A stretch of DNA of 51,981 nt from Candidatus Dojkabacteria bacterium. Lineage in GTDB: Bacteria > Patescibacteriota > Dojkabacteria > J137. The DNA is taken from the NCBI GenBank assembly GCA_030950485.1, contig JAUZRK010000008.1, positions 1 to 51,981 on the forward strand. The letters are read 5' to 3'. The notes beneath the pieces were generated by a model. That model was not told the origin of the DNA, did not search any database, and saw only the letters and a list, made by a program, of their open reading frames with translations. Within the stretch, counting starts at the first letter, position 1. Every line of letters begins with the position of its first letter. Position numbers and translations under genes: made by a program. Shown here one piece after another: positions 10,673 to 20,804 of the stretch.

Positions 10673-12613
10673 CTATTTATCTTTATCAGCATCATCTACA
10701 ACTTCGCCTTCTTCGGCATCTTTAGATTTATCTTCATTAGAATCTGAATCATTTTTCTCACCTGACCCATCAGCTGATGTATCATTAGCTTCTTCAGATT
10801 GATACAATTTTCCACTAACCTCTTGCATCTTAGTCATTAACTCTTCTGTCTTTGACTTTAATGAATCATTATCAAGCTCTTCCTTAGCCAATTCTTCCTT
10901 AAGTTCTTTTGATTTAGCCTCTAGATCATTTTTATCAGCTTCTTCTAATTTTTCACCATTATCTCTAATTAGTTTTTCAGTTTGGAAGACTAAAGTATCA
11001 GCTTCATTTCTAATTTTTAATTTTTCTACCTCTTCTTTGTCTTTAGCCTCATTTTCGGCAGCTTCTTTTACAAGTTTATCTATTTCATCTCGCTCCATTT
11101 GTGTTGAAGCAGTAATTGTAAGATCTTTTTCCTTTCCAGTACCTTTATCTTTAGCCTTTACGTTTAAAATTCCGTTAGCATCAAGTTTGAAAGTAATTTC
11201 AAATTGAGGAATACCCCTTGCTGCTGGTGGAATATCTTCTAATCTAAATGTTCCAAGAACTTTATTGTCTTTTGCTAAAGGTCTTTCTCCTTGAAGAACT
11301 TTTACATCTATTGCCGGTTGATTATCAACAGCTGTTGTAAATCTATCTTCATTTTTCTCTGTTGGAATTGTTGTGTTTCTTGGAATTAATACATGCATTT
11401 GTCCTGCGTTTACTTCAATTCCTAAAGAAAGTGGAGTTACGTCTAATAGAGTAATATCATCCACACTTGAATCTCCAGATAAAACAGCTCCTTGAAGAGC
11501 AGCTCCAACTGATACAACTTCGTCAGGATTTACACTTTGATTAGATTTCTTTCCAAAATATTCATTAACCTTTGAAATAACTAAAGGCATTCTAGTCATT
11601 CCTCCGACCATTACAATTTCGTGAATGTCAGATTTTGATACGTTTGCATCTTTAATAGCTTTACTTACAGCTTCAAATGTTTTGTCTACTAAATGACCAA
11701 CTAACTTTTCTAAATCTGATTTAGTCATAGTTTTTTTTAAGTGCTTTGGTCCCTTACTGTCAGCTGTAATATACGGAAGGTTAATTTCAGTTTGTTCACT
11801 ACTAGATAAAGCAATTTTAGCCTTTTCAGCAGCTTCTTTTAATCTTTGTAATGCAGCCGGATCATTTTTCAGGTCGATTCCTTGCTCATTCTTAAATTCA
11901 GAAACTAGGTGATCAATAATAGCTTGATCGAAATCATCTCCACCAAGGTGAGTATCACCAGCAGTAGATAAAACTTCATAAACTCCGTCACCTATTTCTA
12001 GAATAGATACATCGAATGTACCACCACCTAGGTCATAAACAGCAATAGTTTGACCTCCCTTTTTATCTAATCCATAAGCGATAGCTGCTGCTGTCGGCTC
12101 ATTAATAATTCTTTTTACGTCTAAACCTGCAATTCTTCCTGCATTTTTTGTAGCTTGTCTTTGTGCATCGTCAAAGTAAGCAGGAACTGTAATTACGGCT
12201 TCTGTAACTGACTCGCCAAGGAAAGCCTCTGCGTCAGATTTAATTTTTGCTAAAATCTTAGCAGAAATGACTTCTGGAGTGATCCATTTATCTCCCATCT
12301 GTATCTCAACTCCTCCCTTTTCACTTCTTTGAATATTAAAAGGTAAAAGTGAAACATCTCTTTGAACTGAATCATCTTCGAACTTTCTACCTATTAATCT
12401 TTTAATTGAATAAAAAGTCTGCTCTGGATTAGTAACCATCTGATTTTTAGCTGTAATTCCAACTATCTCAGATTTATTATCTACATCTAAAGCAACTACT
12501 GAAGGAATAATTCGACTTCCCTCTTTACTTGTAATTACCTCTGGTTTTCCTGCTTGAACAAAAGAAACTACAGAGTTGGTTGTACCAAGATCGATACCAA
12601 TAACTTTTCCCAT
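10673..12613 (-). CDS. dnaK: Chaperone DnaK (Hsp70)
   Basis: GIDLGTTNS, TVPAYF, RIINEPTAAA, DLGGGTFDVS and LLDVTPLSLG motifs. Confidence 0.99.
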   Translation of the reverse strand: MGKVIGIDLGTTNSVVSFVQAGKPEVITSKEGSRIIPSVVALDVDNKSEIVGITAKNQMVTNPEQTFYSIKRLIGRKFEDDSVQRDVSLLPFNIQRSEKGGVEIQMGDKWITPEVISAKILAKIKSDAEAFLGESVTEAVITVPAYFDDAQRQATKNAGRIAGLDVKRIINEPTAAAIAYGLDKKGGQTIAVYDLGGGTFDVSILEIGDGVYEVLSTAGDTHLGGDDFDQAIIDHLVSEFKNEQGIDLKNDPAALQRLKEAAEKAKIALSSSEQTEINLPYITADSKGPKHLKKTMTKSDLEKLVGHLVDKTFEAVSKAIKDANVSKSDIHEIVMVGGMTRMPLVISKVNEYFGKKSNQSVNPDEVVSVGAALQGAVLSGDSSVDDITLLDVTPLSLGIEVNAGQMHVLIPRNTTIPTEKNEDRFTTAVDNQPAIDVKVLQGERPLAKDNKVLGTFRLEDIPPAARGIPQFEITFKLDANGILNVKAKDKGTGKEKDLTITASTQMERDEIDKLVKEAAENEAKDKEEVEKLKIRNEADTLVFQTEKLIRDNGEKLEEADKNDLEAKSKELKEELAKEELDNDSLKSKTEELMTKMQEVSGKLYQSEEANDTSADGSGEKNDSDSNEDKSKDAEEGEVVDDADKDK

Positions 12614-12678
12614 ATTAATTAATTTAAAAATTTAAATTATTTATCTAAACTATAAAAGCTAGACTTTTTTATACTTAA

Positions 12679-12705
12679 TTAGCACTTAAAGTATAAGTCT
12701 GCTAA
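12679..12705. promoter_or_regulatory. CIRCE operator (HrcA site) upstream of dnaK
   Basis: TTAGCACTT-N9-GTCTGCTAA versus consensus TTAGCACTC-N9-GAGTGCTAA. Confidence 0.88.
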
Positions 12706-12718
12706 TTATTATTGTCAA
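12690..12718 (-). promoter_or_regulatory. Sigma70 promoter of dnaK
   Basis: TTGACA (12718-12713), 17 bp, TATACT (12695-12690); the -10 box lies within the CIRCE spacer. Confidence 0.8.
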
Positions 12719-12817
12719 GACTTTCAGCTTAGTTTTATATTGCATTTATATCTAAACTAATTTAAGCTGACATGTATAACTGAATAGTTACTATTTTATA
12801 TATTTAATATAAGTTTA

Positions 12818-13780
12818 ATGAAAAAATTACTAATAGTAGTAATAGTCTTAGTCGTAATCTTAGGAGCGGCAACAACTGGAGCATATTTCTACGCTTCATC
12901 TAACGTAGAGACAAATGCACTTAAAGCTAACCTTAAAGAGTTAGAAACATCAGAGTACACATCAATTTTAGAAGCAACACAAACTGTAACAGCAGAAACT
13001 TCAGTAAGTTTTCCTTTATTTTTACCCGAGGCAATAAGCGAGGAAACTGTTTCTACTACAAAATATGTAGCTCACATCGAAGCTGATAAAGCTTCAAAAG
13101 TTAGTATAGATGAAAATGGTGATGAAATAAGTGGTAGCAAGAAAGAAGATGATATTGCTACATTTGTTGAAGAAGACAGCCCAATCAAGAGCTACGCTAC
13201 ATGGGAAAATCTTATCAACGATGGAAAATACGAATTAAAAGAGACTAAATTTAATGGAGAGGATGTTTGGGCTTTCCAAATGGAAGATGAAACATTAACA
13301 GAAGAATATTTACCACCATTGCTTAAAGGATTTTCAGAAGCAACAGACTCATTTGATTTAGGAATCGATGGTGTTCAAATTGCATCTGCAACTCCAGTAT
13401 ACGAAGGATCATTTATTTTCGACATATATGTTGGAAAGGATGACTATGTATTAAAACAAGTGAATGGAGCAATGACAGATGATGTTAGATTCGAGATTGA
13501 ATACGAAGGACCTGGAATTGATCAGACTTACGCAGCATTTGAGCAAATAAATGCAGCTATTGAACAAGGAGCAATTGATCCAAATGCTGAAATAGATGCA
13601 CAAACAGAATATGTTCTAGCTTTACTTCAATCATTTGATGGTGACATCCCTGAACCAGTAGCAACAATTACTCTTTCAGATGTTACAATTGAATTCGCTA
13701 TTGATAAATTTGAATTAAAAGATGGTAAATCAATGCCAACAAATCCGTTAGCTCTATGGATTGCAATGTTAATTGGTTAG
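12818..13780 (+). CDS. Membrane-anchored or secreted acidic hypothetical protein
   Basis: N-terminal MKK plus hydrophobic helix; acidic body; own terminator. Confidence 0.75.
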   Translation: MKKLLIVVIVLVVILGAATTGAYFYASSNVETNALKANLKELETSEYTSILEATQTVTAETSVSFPLFLPEAISEETVSTTKYVAHIEADKASKVSIDENGDEISGSKKEDDIATFVEEDSPIKSYATWENLINDGKYELKETKFNGEDVWAFQMEDETLTEEYLPPLLKGFSEATDSFDLGIDGVQIASATPVYEGSFIFDIYVGKDDYVLKQVNGAMTDDVRFEIEYEGPGIDQTYAAFEQINAAIEQGAIDPNAEIDAQTEYVLALLQSFDGDIPEPVATITLSDVTIEFAIDKFELKDGKSMPTNPLALWIAMLIG

Positions 13781-13794
13781 TATAAAAAGTATTA

Positions 13795-13844
13795 ACTTAT
13801 AAAAAAAAAGACCGCTTTTAATGCGGTCTTTTTTTTTTATAAGT
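13795..13844. terminator. Bidirectional intrinsic terminator
   Basis: GACCGC/GCGGTC stem extended by A9/T10 tracts and ACTTAT/ATAAGT. Confidence 0.9.
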
Positions 13845-13850
13845 AACTCT

Positions 13851-15839
13851 CTACTTAAATATATTTTTATGTATTTCTTTTGCTTCTGGATCTGTTAACC
13901 CAAAGTATGTAACTCTTACTGTATATTTTGTATCCTTACCTTCTTCTTTATATATATCTGCAACTTCCCAAGACCAAATATTATCTTCAGTTTTTAATAT
14001 TTCTTCTACGTATGAATTAATATTATTATTTTCATTTAATACTATATTTGTATCTAGACTTACTAATTTCTGATTTATTTCAATTGAAGAATTAATAGCA
14101 TCAGAGTTAGATAATATATTATCTATAAGATCTAAATCTATCTCTGCTACGCTTGATTTTGAAACTAATTTCTCATTTGATAAATAAATAATACCTATAG
14201 CTACTTTCTTACTATCAGCCAAGACATTTATTTCCCAAATTGATTTAGGATGAGCAGTGTTTGGTATGAGTTCAGTTTTCTCAGAATAACTTACCTTTGC
14301 TATCCCTAATGACCTTAATAGAGTTTCAACTTCTAACCTTAATTCATCTACATTATCGCTTGAAATTGCAATTGCTAAAGAATAATTCTCCTTAAACTCA
14401 GAATTAATTTCTCTAAAAGCCTTACCTATTTCAAAGATGTAGGCTGGATTTATATTATTTTTAGAATATTCTTCAAGCTGACCAAATAGATTTGAAATTA
14501 TAGTCTGTCTTAGAATTGGAACACCTTCATTAATTGAATTTTGAACTTTTATAGAACTACCTTCTCGATAGTTAGAATTACTATTTTTTTCCTCATCAAC
14601 TAATACCCAAGATCTCACCTCATCAAAACCATTTGATGTTAAATGGCTATAAATTGAATCCATAAGTTTAATATGTGAAGGTGTAGTTTCTTTTACTACT
14701 CTTAATGTAAGATCATCAGTTGGAATTTTGTAAAAGCCTTTTAATCTGATGATTTCTTCAAAAACATCTTCTTCCTGCTCAACATCTAATCTGTTTAGAG
14801 GTCTCTTAACTTTTATAAGATTATTTTCTTCATTAACTATCTCAAATCCAAGTCTAGTTAGGTAAGTTTTAGATTCATCATAGGTAATCTTAATACCTGC
14901 AATTTGCTGCACTTTATCAAGATCAACTTGAATAATGTCTCTTTCACTATTAACTCCTTCTCCCCTCCATTCATATAAATTTGAAGTTACACTACCTCCA
15001 CAATGTTTTAGAATTAAATTTGTTAACATTTCGAAAGCATAATCAATTCCTTCAGGGTCTAAATATTTTTCTAGTCTTGCACCAGCTTCAGTTCTAATGT
15101 TTAATCTTCTACCATTTCTTCTAATTAAACCTGGATCATACACTCCAATTTCGATAATTATATTTTTTGAATTCATATCAATTGCAGGCTTAGTACCTCC
15201 GATAATACCTAAAGACATTGCTTCTCCGCCTTCTGAGATTAATAATGATTCATTATTTAATTCAACTTCTTCTCCATTTAAAGTCTTAATCTTCTTATAC
15301 TTTGCTGGATCTATTTCCCATGTTAACCCCTCTGAACCCATTTTATCTATGTCAAATGCATGCGAAGGAAAAGCTGTTTGAAGCATTACATAATTAGTTA
15401 TATCTACAAGATTATTAATAGAATTTATTTCATAAAGCTCAAGATATTCTTTTAACCAGGCTGGAGACTCCTTTACTGTTATTCCTTCGATCTTTATTGC
15501 AAGTACTCTTTTTACAGCGTCCTTTGCTTTAACTTCTATTGGTAAATTTTTTAATGATTCATTTTTATGAGATTCTAGATTCCAATTTCTTTCAATTGAG
15601 TCATCTAACTTAATGTCGTAATAAGCAGATAGTTCTTTTGCAAGACCAATTATTCCGAAAAGGTCTGCTCTATTTTGTCTAACTTCTAAATCTAAAAAGT
15701 TATCCTTCTCCCCGTTATACTCAACCTCTAAAAATTTATCGATCATAAATCCTATTTCAGTATAAATATCCGCAGCTTTTCTTGCATCATCTTTAAGATC
15801 TGGAAGATATTTTTTTAGTTGAGAGTATAAAACATTCAT
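13851..15839 (-). CDS. pheT: Phenylalanine-tRNA ligase beta subunit (short form)
   Basis: NRADL...GLAKE, INNLVDITNYVML, HAFD and RLDVEQEEDVFEEIIRLKG; no B2 OB-fold insert. Confidence 0.95.
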   Translation of the reverse strand: MNVLYSQLKKYLPDLKDDARKAADIYTEIGFMIDKFLEVEYNGEKDNFLDLEVRQNRADLFGIIGLAKELSAYYDIKLDDSIERNWNLESHKNESLKNLPIEVKAKDAVKRVLAIKIEGITVKESPAWLKEYLELYEINSINNLVDITNYVMLQTAFPSHAFDIDKMGSEGLTWEIDPAKYKKIKTLNGEEVELNNESLLISEGGEAMSLGIIGGTKPAIDMNSKNIIIEIGVYDPGLIRRNGRRLNIRTEAGARLEKYLDPEGIDYAFEMLTNLILKHCGGSVTSNLYEWRGEGVNSERDIIQVDLDKVQQIAGIKITYDESKTYLTRLGFEIVNEENNLIKVKRPLNRLDVEQEEDVFEEIIRLKGFYKIPTDDLTLRVVKETTPSHIKLMDSIYSHLTSNGFDEVRSWVLVDEEKNSNSNYREGSSIKVQNSINEGVPILRQTIISNLFGQLEEYSKNNINPAYIFEIGKAFREINSEFKENYSLAIAISSDNVDELRLEVETLLRSLGIAKVSYSEKTELIPNTAHPKSIWEINVLADSKKVAIGIIYLSNEKLVSKSSVAEIDLDLIDNILSNSDAINSSIEINQKLVSLDTNIVLNENNNINSYVEEILKTEDNIWSWEVADIYKEEGKDTKYTVRVTYFGLTDPEAKEIHKNIFK

Positions 15840-15866
15840 TTTTAATATTTGATATGTAATTTAGTT

Positions 15867-16598
15867 TTAAGCGAGGATTTGGTAAAGAATCTTTTTACTT
15901 TTAAGTTCTCTTTCCGTTACCAGTTCAATCCAATCTAGATGTAATTTTAGCATCTTTACTATTTCTTGTTGACTTAAATTTATTAATAATAACTTTGTAA
16001 ACTTCTCATTTAAGATAAATCGTTGAGTCTTGTAAATTCTTGAACTAATTTTTTCTAAGTTAATAATCTCAGATTTTTCGCTATATCCGATTCTTCCTGG
16101 AATTATATATGCGTTATCAGAATTTAATTCTCTTTCAGATTCTATACTAATGTCTAAATTAGAAATATTTCCCGAAAGCTGTAAAAGTTTAAGCAAAAAA
16201 ACACTTACAGAAAATGCTTTATTAGTTACATCTACATTTAAAAGGTCATAAACAAGGGTAAAAACTTCAGGATCCTTATTTTCTTCAAATATGAAAAAAT
16301 TTAAAACTTCACAAACAAATTGTAGAAAAACTAGACTATTATAGTCCTTCTTCCATTGAACGAATTCATTAAGAATTTTCACCTCTCCAATAATAGGTAC
16401 TGCGTAACCTTTTGTAATATTCATACTAATATGATTTCCTAAATCTATAGCATGTGACTTTCTACTAGTACTTTTTTTTATACCTTTTGCTAGAAGCGAC
16501 TCTTTTTCACCATTGTTATTTATAATTACAACTACTTTGTCTGTATCCTTTGAATTGTAGAGTCTATAGACTATACCCGATGTTAAATGTAGTCTCAT
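15867..16598 (-). CDS. recO: DNA repair protein RecO
   Basis: GIVYR...DTDKVVVII...G...LAKGIKKSTSRK N-terminal pattern; 243 aa. Confidence 0.85.
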   Translation of the reverse strand: MRLHLTSGIVYRLYNSKDTDKVVVIINNNGEKESLLAKGIKKSTSRKSHAIDLGNHISMNITKGYAVPIIGEVKILNEFVQWKKDYNSLVFLQFVCEVLNFFIFEENKDPEVFTLVYDLLNVDVTNKAFSVSVFLLKLLQLSGNISNLDISIESERELNSDNAYIIPGRIGYSEKSEIINLEKISSRIYKTQRFILNEKFTKLLLINLSQQEIVKMLKLHLDWIELVTERELKSKKILYQILA

Positions 16599-16609
16599 TA
16601 ATCTAAGTA

Positions 16610-16750
16610 TAAAGTTAAAAGTTAAAAGTCTCCAATGAAAGATTATATAGTAATTTTATAAACTCACATCTATATTCATCTACACATATGATTAAATATT
16701 TTTAGTTTTTTTATAAATTTTAGAATTTATATTTTTAATTCTTAATTCCT
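16610..16750. repeat. Degenerate 7-bp periodic repeats in the recO-FKBP spacer
   Basis: TAAAGTT AAAAGTT AAAAGTC (16610-16630) and AATTCTT AATTCCT-type heptads (16716-16750). Confidence 0.4.
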
Positions 16751-16798
16751 ATTATGCTAAACTTGAATGTAATTTTATTATTAAGTTTAATAGACAAA

Positions 16799-17326
16799 AT
16801 GAAATATAGAAAGTACTTAACAATTTTAATTCCTTTTATTGCTGTTTTATTTATAGTTCTAATTAGTAGTAAAGATAATTCTAATACCAGAGAGAAAGAA
16901 GATAATACTGAAGAAATAAGTGTTCCTGATAGTTTTCTTGCTCTTGAATTTGTAGAAAATCCTGAAACGGTTGAAGGTAGAATTGCAGAGTTAACAACAA
17001 CAACAAGATTACCTGGAGATGAGAATGGTGAATCAGTTGAAACTGGGGATTCATTAAAAGTATTTTATAGAGGTTGGGAAGCTCAGACTGGAGTTGTTTT
17101 TGATGAATCATTTAATCACGACATTTATACATACGGATTCCCTTTTATCGCTGGTAAAGGCGTAATACAAGGTTGGAGCGAAGGTGTTATAGGTATGAAA
17201 GAAGGTGAAGTTAGAAGAGTGTATATTCCTTCATCGCTAGCATATGATTTTGATCCAACTAGTCCTCTTAATGGAAAAGATCTAATATTTGATATTGAAT
17301 TAATCAGTATTGATAAGGCATTGTAG
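16799..17326 (+). CDS. Membrane-anchored FKBP-type peptidyl-prolyl isomerase
   Basis: GDSLKVFYRG, VFDES, VIQGWSEGVIGMKEGEVRRVYIPSSLAY, LIFDIEL; start reassigned to ATG 16799 before the TM helix. Confidence 0.92.
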   Translation: MKYRKYLTILIPFIAVLFIVLISSKDNSNTREKEDNTEEISVPDSFLALEFVENPETVEGRIAELTTTTRLPGDENGESVETGDSLKVFYRGWEAQTGVVFDESFNHDIYTYGFPFIAGKGVIQGWSEGVIGMKEGEVRRVYIPSSLAYDFDPTSPLNGKDLIFDIELISIDKAL

Positions 17327-17384
17327 AATAAAATTGATAAGCTCTAATAATTGGCGTAAGATATTTTGTAGATAACAAGATTAA

Positions 17385-18197
17385 ATGGATACTATTTTAA
17401 ATAATCCTAATAATCAGAGCGGAGCAAATCCGACTGGGGTGAATAATCAAACAACTATGCCTACTATTGGTAGTTTATCTACTAATAATCAGACTGAGAG
17501 TAATATAGTACAGCCGCAAAATAATGATATGAGGAAGAAAGAATCTAATGATGAGAAGCTGGAATATATAGATCAATCAGAAAATCCCTTTTTTCAAGAG
17601 CCTGAAGACAAGAAGAAGAAAAATGTCTTGGTAGATATCTTACAATCTGTTGTAATAGCTTTATCACTTTCAATTTTTCTATATTTATTCATATTAACTC
17701 CGAATCAAGTAGACGGTCCGTCAATGGAGCCTAATTTTTATACTGGTCAACTACTTTTCACAAGTAAATTACATCAATGGTTTGATGGTACTAGTATAGG
17801 AGAGGCAACAGGACTTGAATACAATAGAGGTGATGTTATTGTCTTTCAAAAGCCTGGTTTATCTGATTTTATTAAAAGAATAATAGCAGAGCCTGGAGAT
17901 ACTATTCGATTAGAGGATGGTAAGTACTATGTAAATGGAAAACTTTATAAAGAAAACTATGAATTAGATAATGACCAGAAAAGAGATGGGAGTTTTATGG
18001 TAGATGGAGGACCTGCAAAAACTGTTCCTGCTGATTATTACTTTGTTTCAGGAGATCACAGAGATGTAAGTTTTGATTCTAGAGAATTAGGTTGGATAAA
18101 GAGAGATTGGATAAAAGGAAGAGTGATTTTTAGATTCTGGCCAATAGATAAGTTTGGCTTTATTGGTAACGGGGATCACGAATTTATTGATGTTTAA
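17385..18197 (+). CDS. lepB: Signal peptidase I
   Basis: GPSMEPN (catalytic Ser), FIKRII (Lys), GDHR..SFDSR; long polar N-terminal extension. Confidence 0.95.
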   Translation: MDTILNNPNNQSGANPTGVNNQTTMPTIGSLSTNNQTESNIVQPQNNDMRKKESNDEKLEYIDQSENPFFQEPEDKKKKNVLVDILQSVVIALSLSIFLYLFILTPNQVDGPSMEPNFYTGQLLFTSKLHQWFDGTSIGEATGLEYNRGDVIVFQKPGLSDFIKRIIAEPGDTIRLEDGKYYVNGKLYKENYELDNDQKRDGSFMVDGGPAKTVPADYYFVSGDHRDVSFDSRELGWIKRDWIKGRVIFRFWPIDKFGFIGNGDHEFIDV

Positions 18198-18212
18198 ATC
18201 TTTATAATAAAT

Positions 18213-18857
18213 ATGGAAGAGCAAGAAAAAGTTACCAAATCAGAAACAGAAGTCTTAGAAAAAAAAGCAATAAGAATAAATCCTAAATCACCTGTATTCG
18301 TAGTTAGTATTATACTTCTAGTTCTAACAATCATTTTAGGTATTGCATTAGCTTTTTACTTAAACCAAGGTACAAAACTAGAACATGAAGTTTTAAGTAG
18401 TTATGAGAAAGTAAAAAAACCTTCAAATATAGATTTCACTTCTTATGATGGTGATGCCTTCAAGATAGAATATCCGTCTGAATGGAAGAGTGAAGACTTA
18501 TTTACTACATACTATTTTGTAGATGAGTCTGGATATCCTAGCTCTAATATTATTGTACAAAATAATGCTATTGGTTTTGACCAATATATGAAATTATCTG
18601 TTGATCAGATTGACTCTGGAGAGTTTTTAAAAGGTACTAAAGTTATAGACCAGAATGAAGTAGAGATAAATAACAAGAAAGCAGGTAGAATAAGATATGA
18701 AGCAGATGTTTTTGGACAAGAATTGATTTTTGATGGAGTTTTTATTATCGAAGACGGGAAAACTTATTTATTAACTTTTGGTGATAAAAAAGATAGTTAT
18801 GAAGATTCAGTTGAGATATTTGATTATATGATTAGTACATTTGAGATTAAAGATTAA
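18213..18857 (+). CDS. PsbP/DcrB-like membrane-anchored protein
   Basis: Single TM, FKIEYPSEW, then the YLLTF...FDYMISTFEI ending typical of this fold. Confidence 0.7.
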   Translation: MEEQEKVTKSETEVLEKKAIRINPKSPVFVVSIILLVLTIILGIALAFYLNQGTKLEHEVLSSYEKVKKPSNIDFTSYDGDAFKIEYPSEWKSEDLFTTYYFVDESGYPSSNIIVQNNAIGFDQYMKLSVDQIDSGEFLKGTKVIDQNEVEINNKKAGRIRYEADVFGQELIFDGVFIIEDGKTYLLTFGDKKDSYEDSVEIFDYMISTFEIKD

Positions 18858-18874
18858 CTTATTATTTTGATTTA

Positions 18875-19171
18875 ATGGATAGAAGTTTTAGTAGTGCAGG
18901 AAATATAGTCATTTATTCGACAGGCTGGTCTAGTGATTGTAGAAGAGTAAAAATGTTTATGGATGAGTTAAATGTTGTATATCAAGAAATTAACATAGAC
19001 GAAGATGAGGATGCAGCCCAGGAAGTTGAGGGAATTAACGCTGGAGCTAGAAGTGTACCTACGATTGTTTTCTCTGACAATAGTACTTTAACAGAACCAT
19101 CAAGAGAAGAATTAATTTCAAAATTAGTGGATTTAGGTTTAATAGAAGATACCTCTGAAGGTAAGTCGTAA
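18875..19171 (+). CDS. Mycoredoxin/NrdH-like glutaredoxin with SxxC active site
   Basis: VIYSTGWSSDCRRVK, YQEINID, GARSVPTIVFSD..TLTEPS. Confidence 0.85.
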   Translation: MDRSFSSAGNIVIYSTGWSSDCRRVKMFMDELNVVYQEINIDEDEDAAQEVEGINAGARSVPTIVFSDNSTLTEPSREELISKLVDLGLIEDTSEGKS

Positions 19172-19333
19172 ATTAAGGAGCTATAGGGTAAATACTGAAA
19201 TTTAATTATCTAATTATATAGTTAAAGTAGGCGAAGAATTCAATTGTAAAGCTTTACTTAAAAATTTTAAACACATTAAGAACACTCAACTAAATCTTAA
19301 TTTACAATTTTTAAATTTTTATTCTTAAAAAAA

Positions 19334-19948
19334 GTGTTAGAGAAATTACGAAATACATTACAACCACTAACTAATATAATGGCCTGGCCATTTTTATGGA
19401 TTCATCCAAATATTCTTTCTATTCTAGGCATATTTGTTTTTTTACCTGGAATGTACTTTTATTCTCAAGGTAATTCACTTCTTGGTTCTTTATTTGTAGT
19501 TGGAGCGCTATTTGATGCAATTGATGGAACAGTTGCTAGACTTACAGGAAAATTTTCCCAATTTGGAGGTGTTTTAGATGCGACTATTGATAGAATTACT
19601 GAGGGTATGGTTTTACTTTCTATTGGTGCTGGTAGATTAGCACCATGGGAACTTGTTTTCACAATATTTATTGGCTCTATTTCAATCAGTTATATAAAAG
19701 CCAAAGCGGAAGCTGCAAGCGGTACTTCTAAAGTAGGGAAAAATCAATTTTCAGTAGGAATTGGACAAAGAGGAGATAGAATTCTAATACTCTTTGTTGG
19801 GTCTATTTTGAATTATTTTTTCTCAAAAGATGATAATAAAATATTATTTGCTTCATTAATTATCTTACTAATTTCTATTGTAATTACCTTAGTTTGGCGA
19901 GGAATTATGATTTGGAAAGTATTAGAAAAACAAGATCTCAATTCATAA
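19334..19948 (+). CDS. CDP-alcohol phosphatidyltransferase, resembling phosphatidylinositol/archaetidylinositol-phosphate synthases
   Basis: HPN.LS, signature DAIDGTVAR...GGVLDATIDR, SYIKAKAE and VGIGQRGDR. Confidence 0.88.
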   Translation: MLEKLRNTLQPLTNIMAWPFLWIHPNILSILGIFVFLPGMYFYSQGNSLLGSLFVVGALFDAIDGTVARLTGKFSQFGGVLDATIDRITEGMVLLSIGAGRLAPWELVFTIFIGSISISYIKAKAEAASGTSKVGKNQFSVGIGQRGDRILILFVGSILNYFFSKDDNKILFASLIILLISIVITLVWRGIMIWKVLEKQDLNS

Positions 19949-20018
19949 AAGCTTTATATCAAGCTATATACAAAATAATCAAAAAGTATAGTATTATCTT
20001 TTCGTTTAATGTATAGAT

Positions 20019-20770
20019 ATGCCTGAAAAAGATAGTGATATTCTAGATATATTCGAAGAAGAACTAGATGGAGAGAATCCTAAAGTTTTAGTTGATAAAA
20101 CTAGGAGATCGGTACAAGCTGTAGAAATCGTCGATAAATCACTGATTTTAAGCTCACGTCAAAGACTCAGTCAGACAAAAGCATTTAGTACTAGACTTCA
20201 TGTTATAGAAAAGACTGAGGTAGAGTAGAAAGGTCAGCTAGATTAAGTGACGCGAAAGGTATAGTTCAAGTTGGAATGCAAAGAATCTGTTCAGATATAG
20301 AGCTTTGCAATTTAGCCGGAGTTGGCAAGACAGCAATAATCAAGCTTGATCAGATTAAACTAGGAAATGCTAATGAGATGTATGAAGTTGTAAATAATAG
20401 TGAATTAGAAACTGGAATGTCATCTTTGATTGCACTAAGTAGCCAATATTTAATTATAAATAATGGCAGAAGATTTTTAATCGAAACTACATTAAAGAGA
20501 GCTCAAACTCCTCTAGTATATTTGAATAAATTAAATGATATTTCAAATTTAAATGTAAGGCTAGCAACTGGCAATTTAGCTGAAGACCCACTCGAGTTTA
20601 TAATAGGTAAAGCTAAAATCTTAGCTGTAGAATTAGGAACTAGGAGAATATTACTTGGAGGTATCTTACAATTTGGACATATAAGAATACTACTTACAGA
20701 CTTCCCTCCAACTCCATCTGACAAATCTACGCAGATTTTTGAAGACATAGCTTATCTTCAACAAACATAG
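20019..20770 (+). CDS. Hypothetical protein, probably one gene with a 1-bp frameshift near 20218
   Basis: The frame of ORF 20276-20770 is open back to 20219, overlapping the end of ORF 20019-20228; one added base joins them. Confidence 0.45.
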
Positions 20771-20804
20771 TAATATTTACTAAGATAATGTTTTATAAAT
20801 CTTA

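Noticed and set aside
13851-15839. PheT without the B2 domain as a novelty
   Set aside because: Short PheT forms are already known in reduced genomes; used only as a taxonomic hint.
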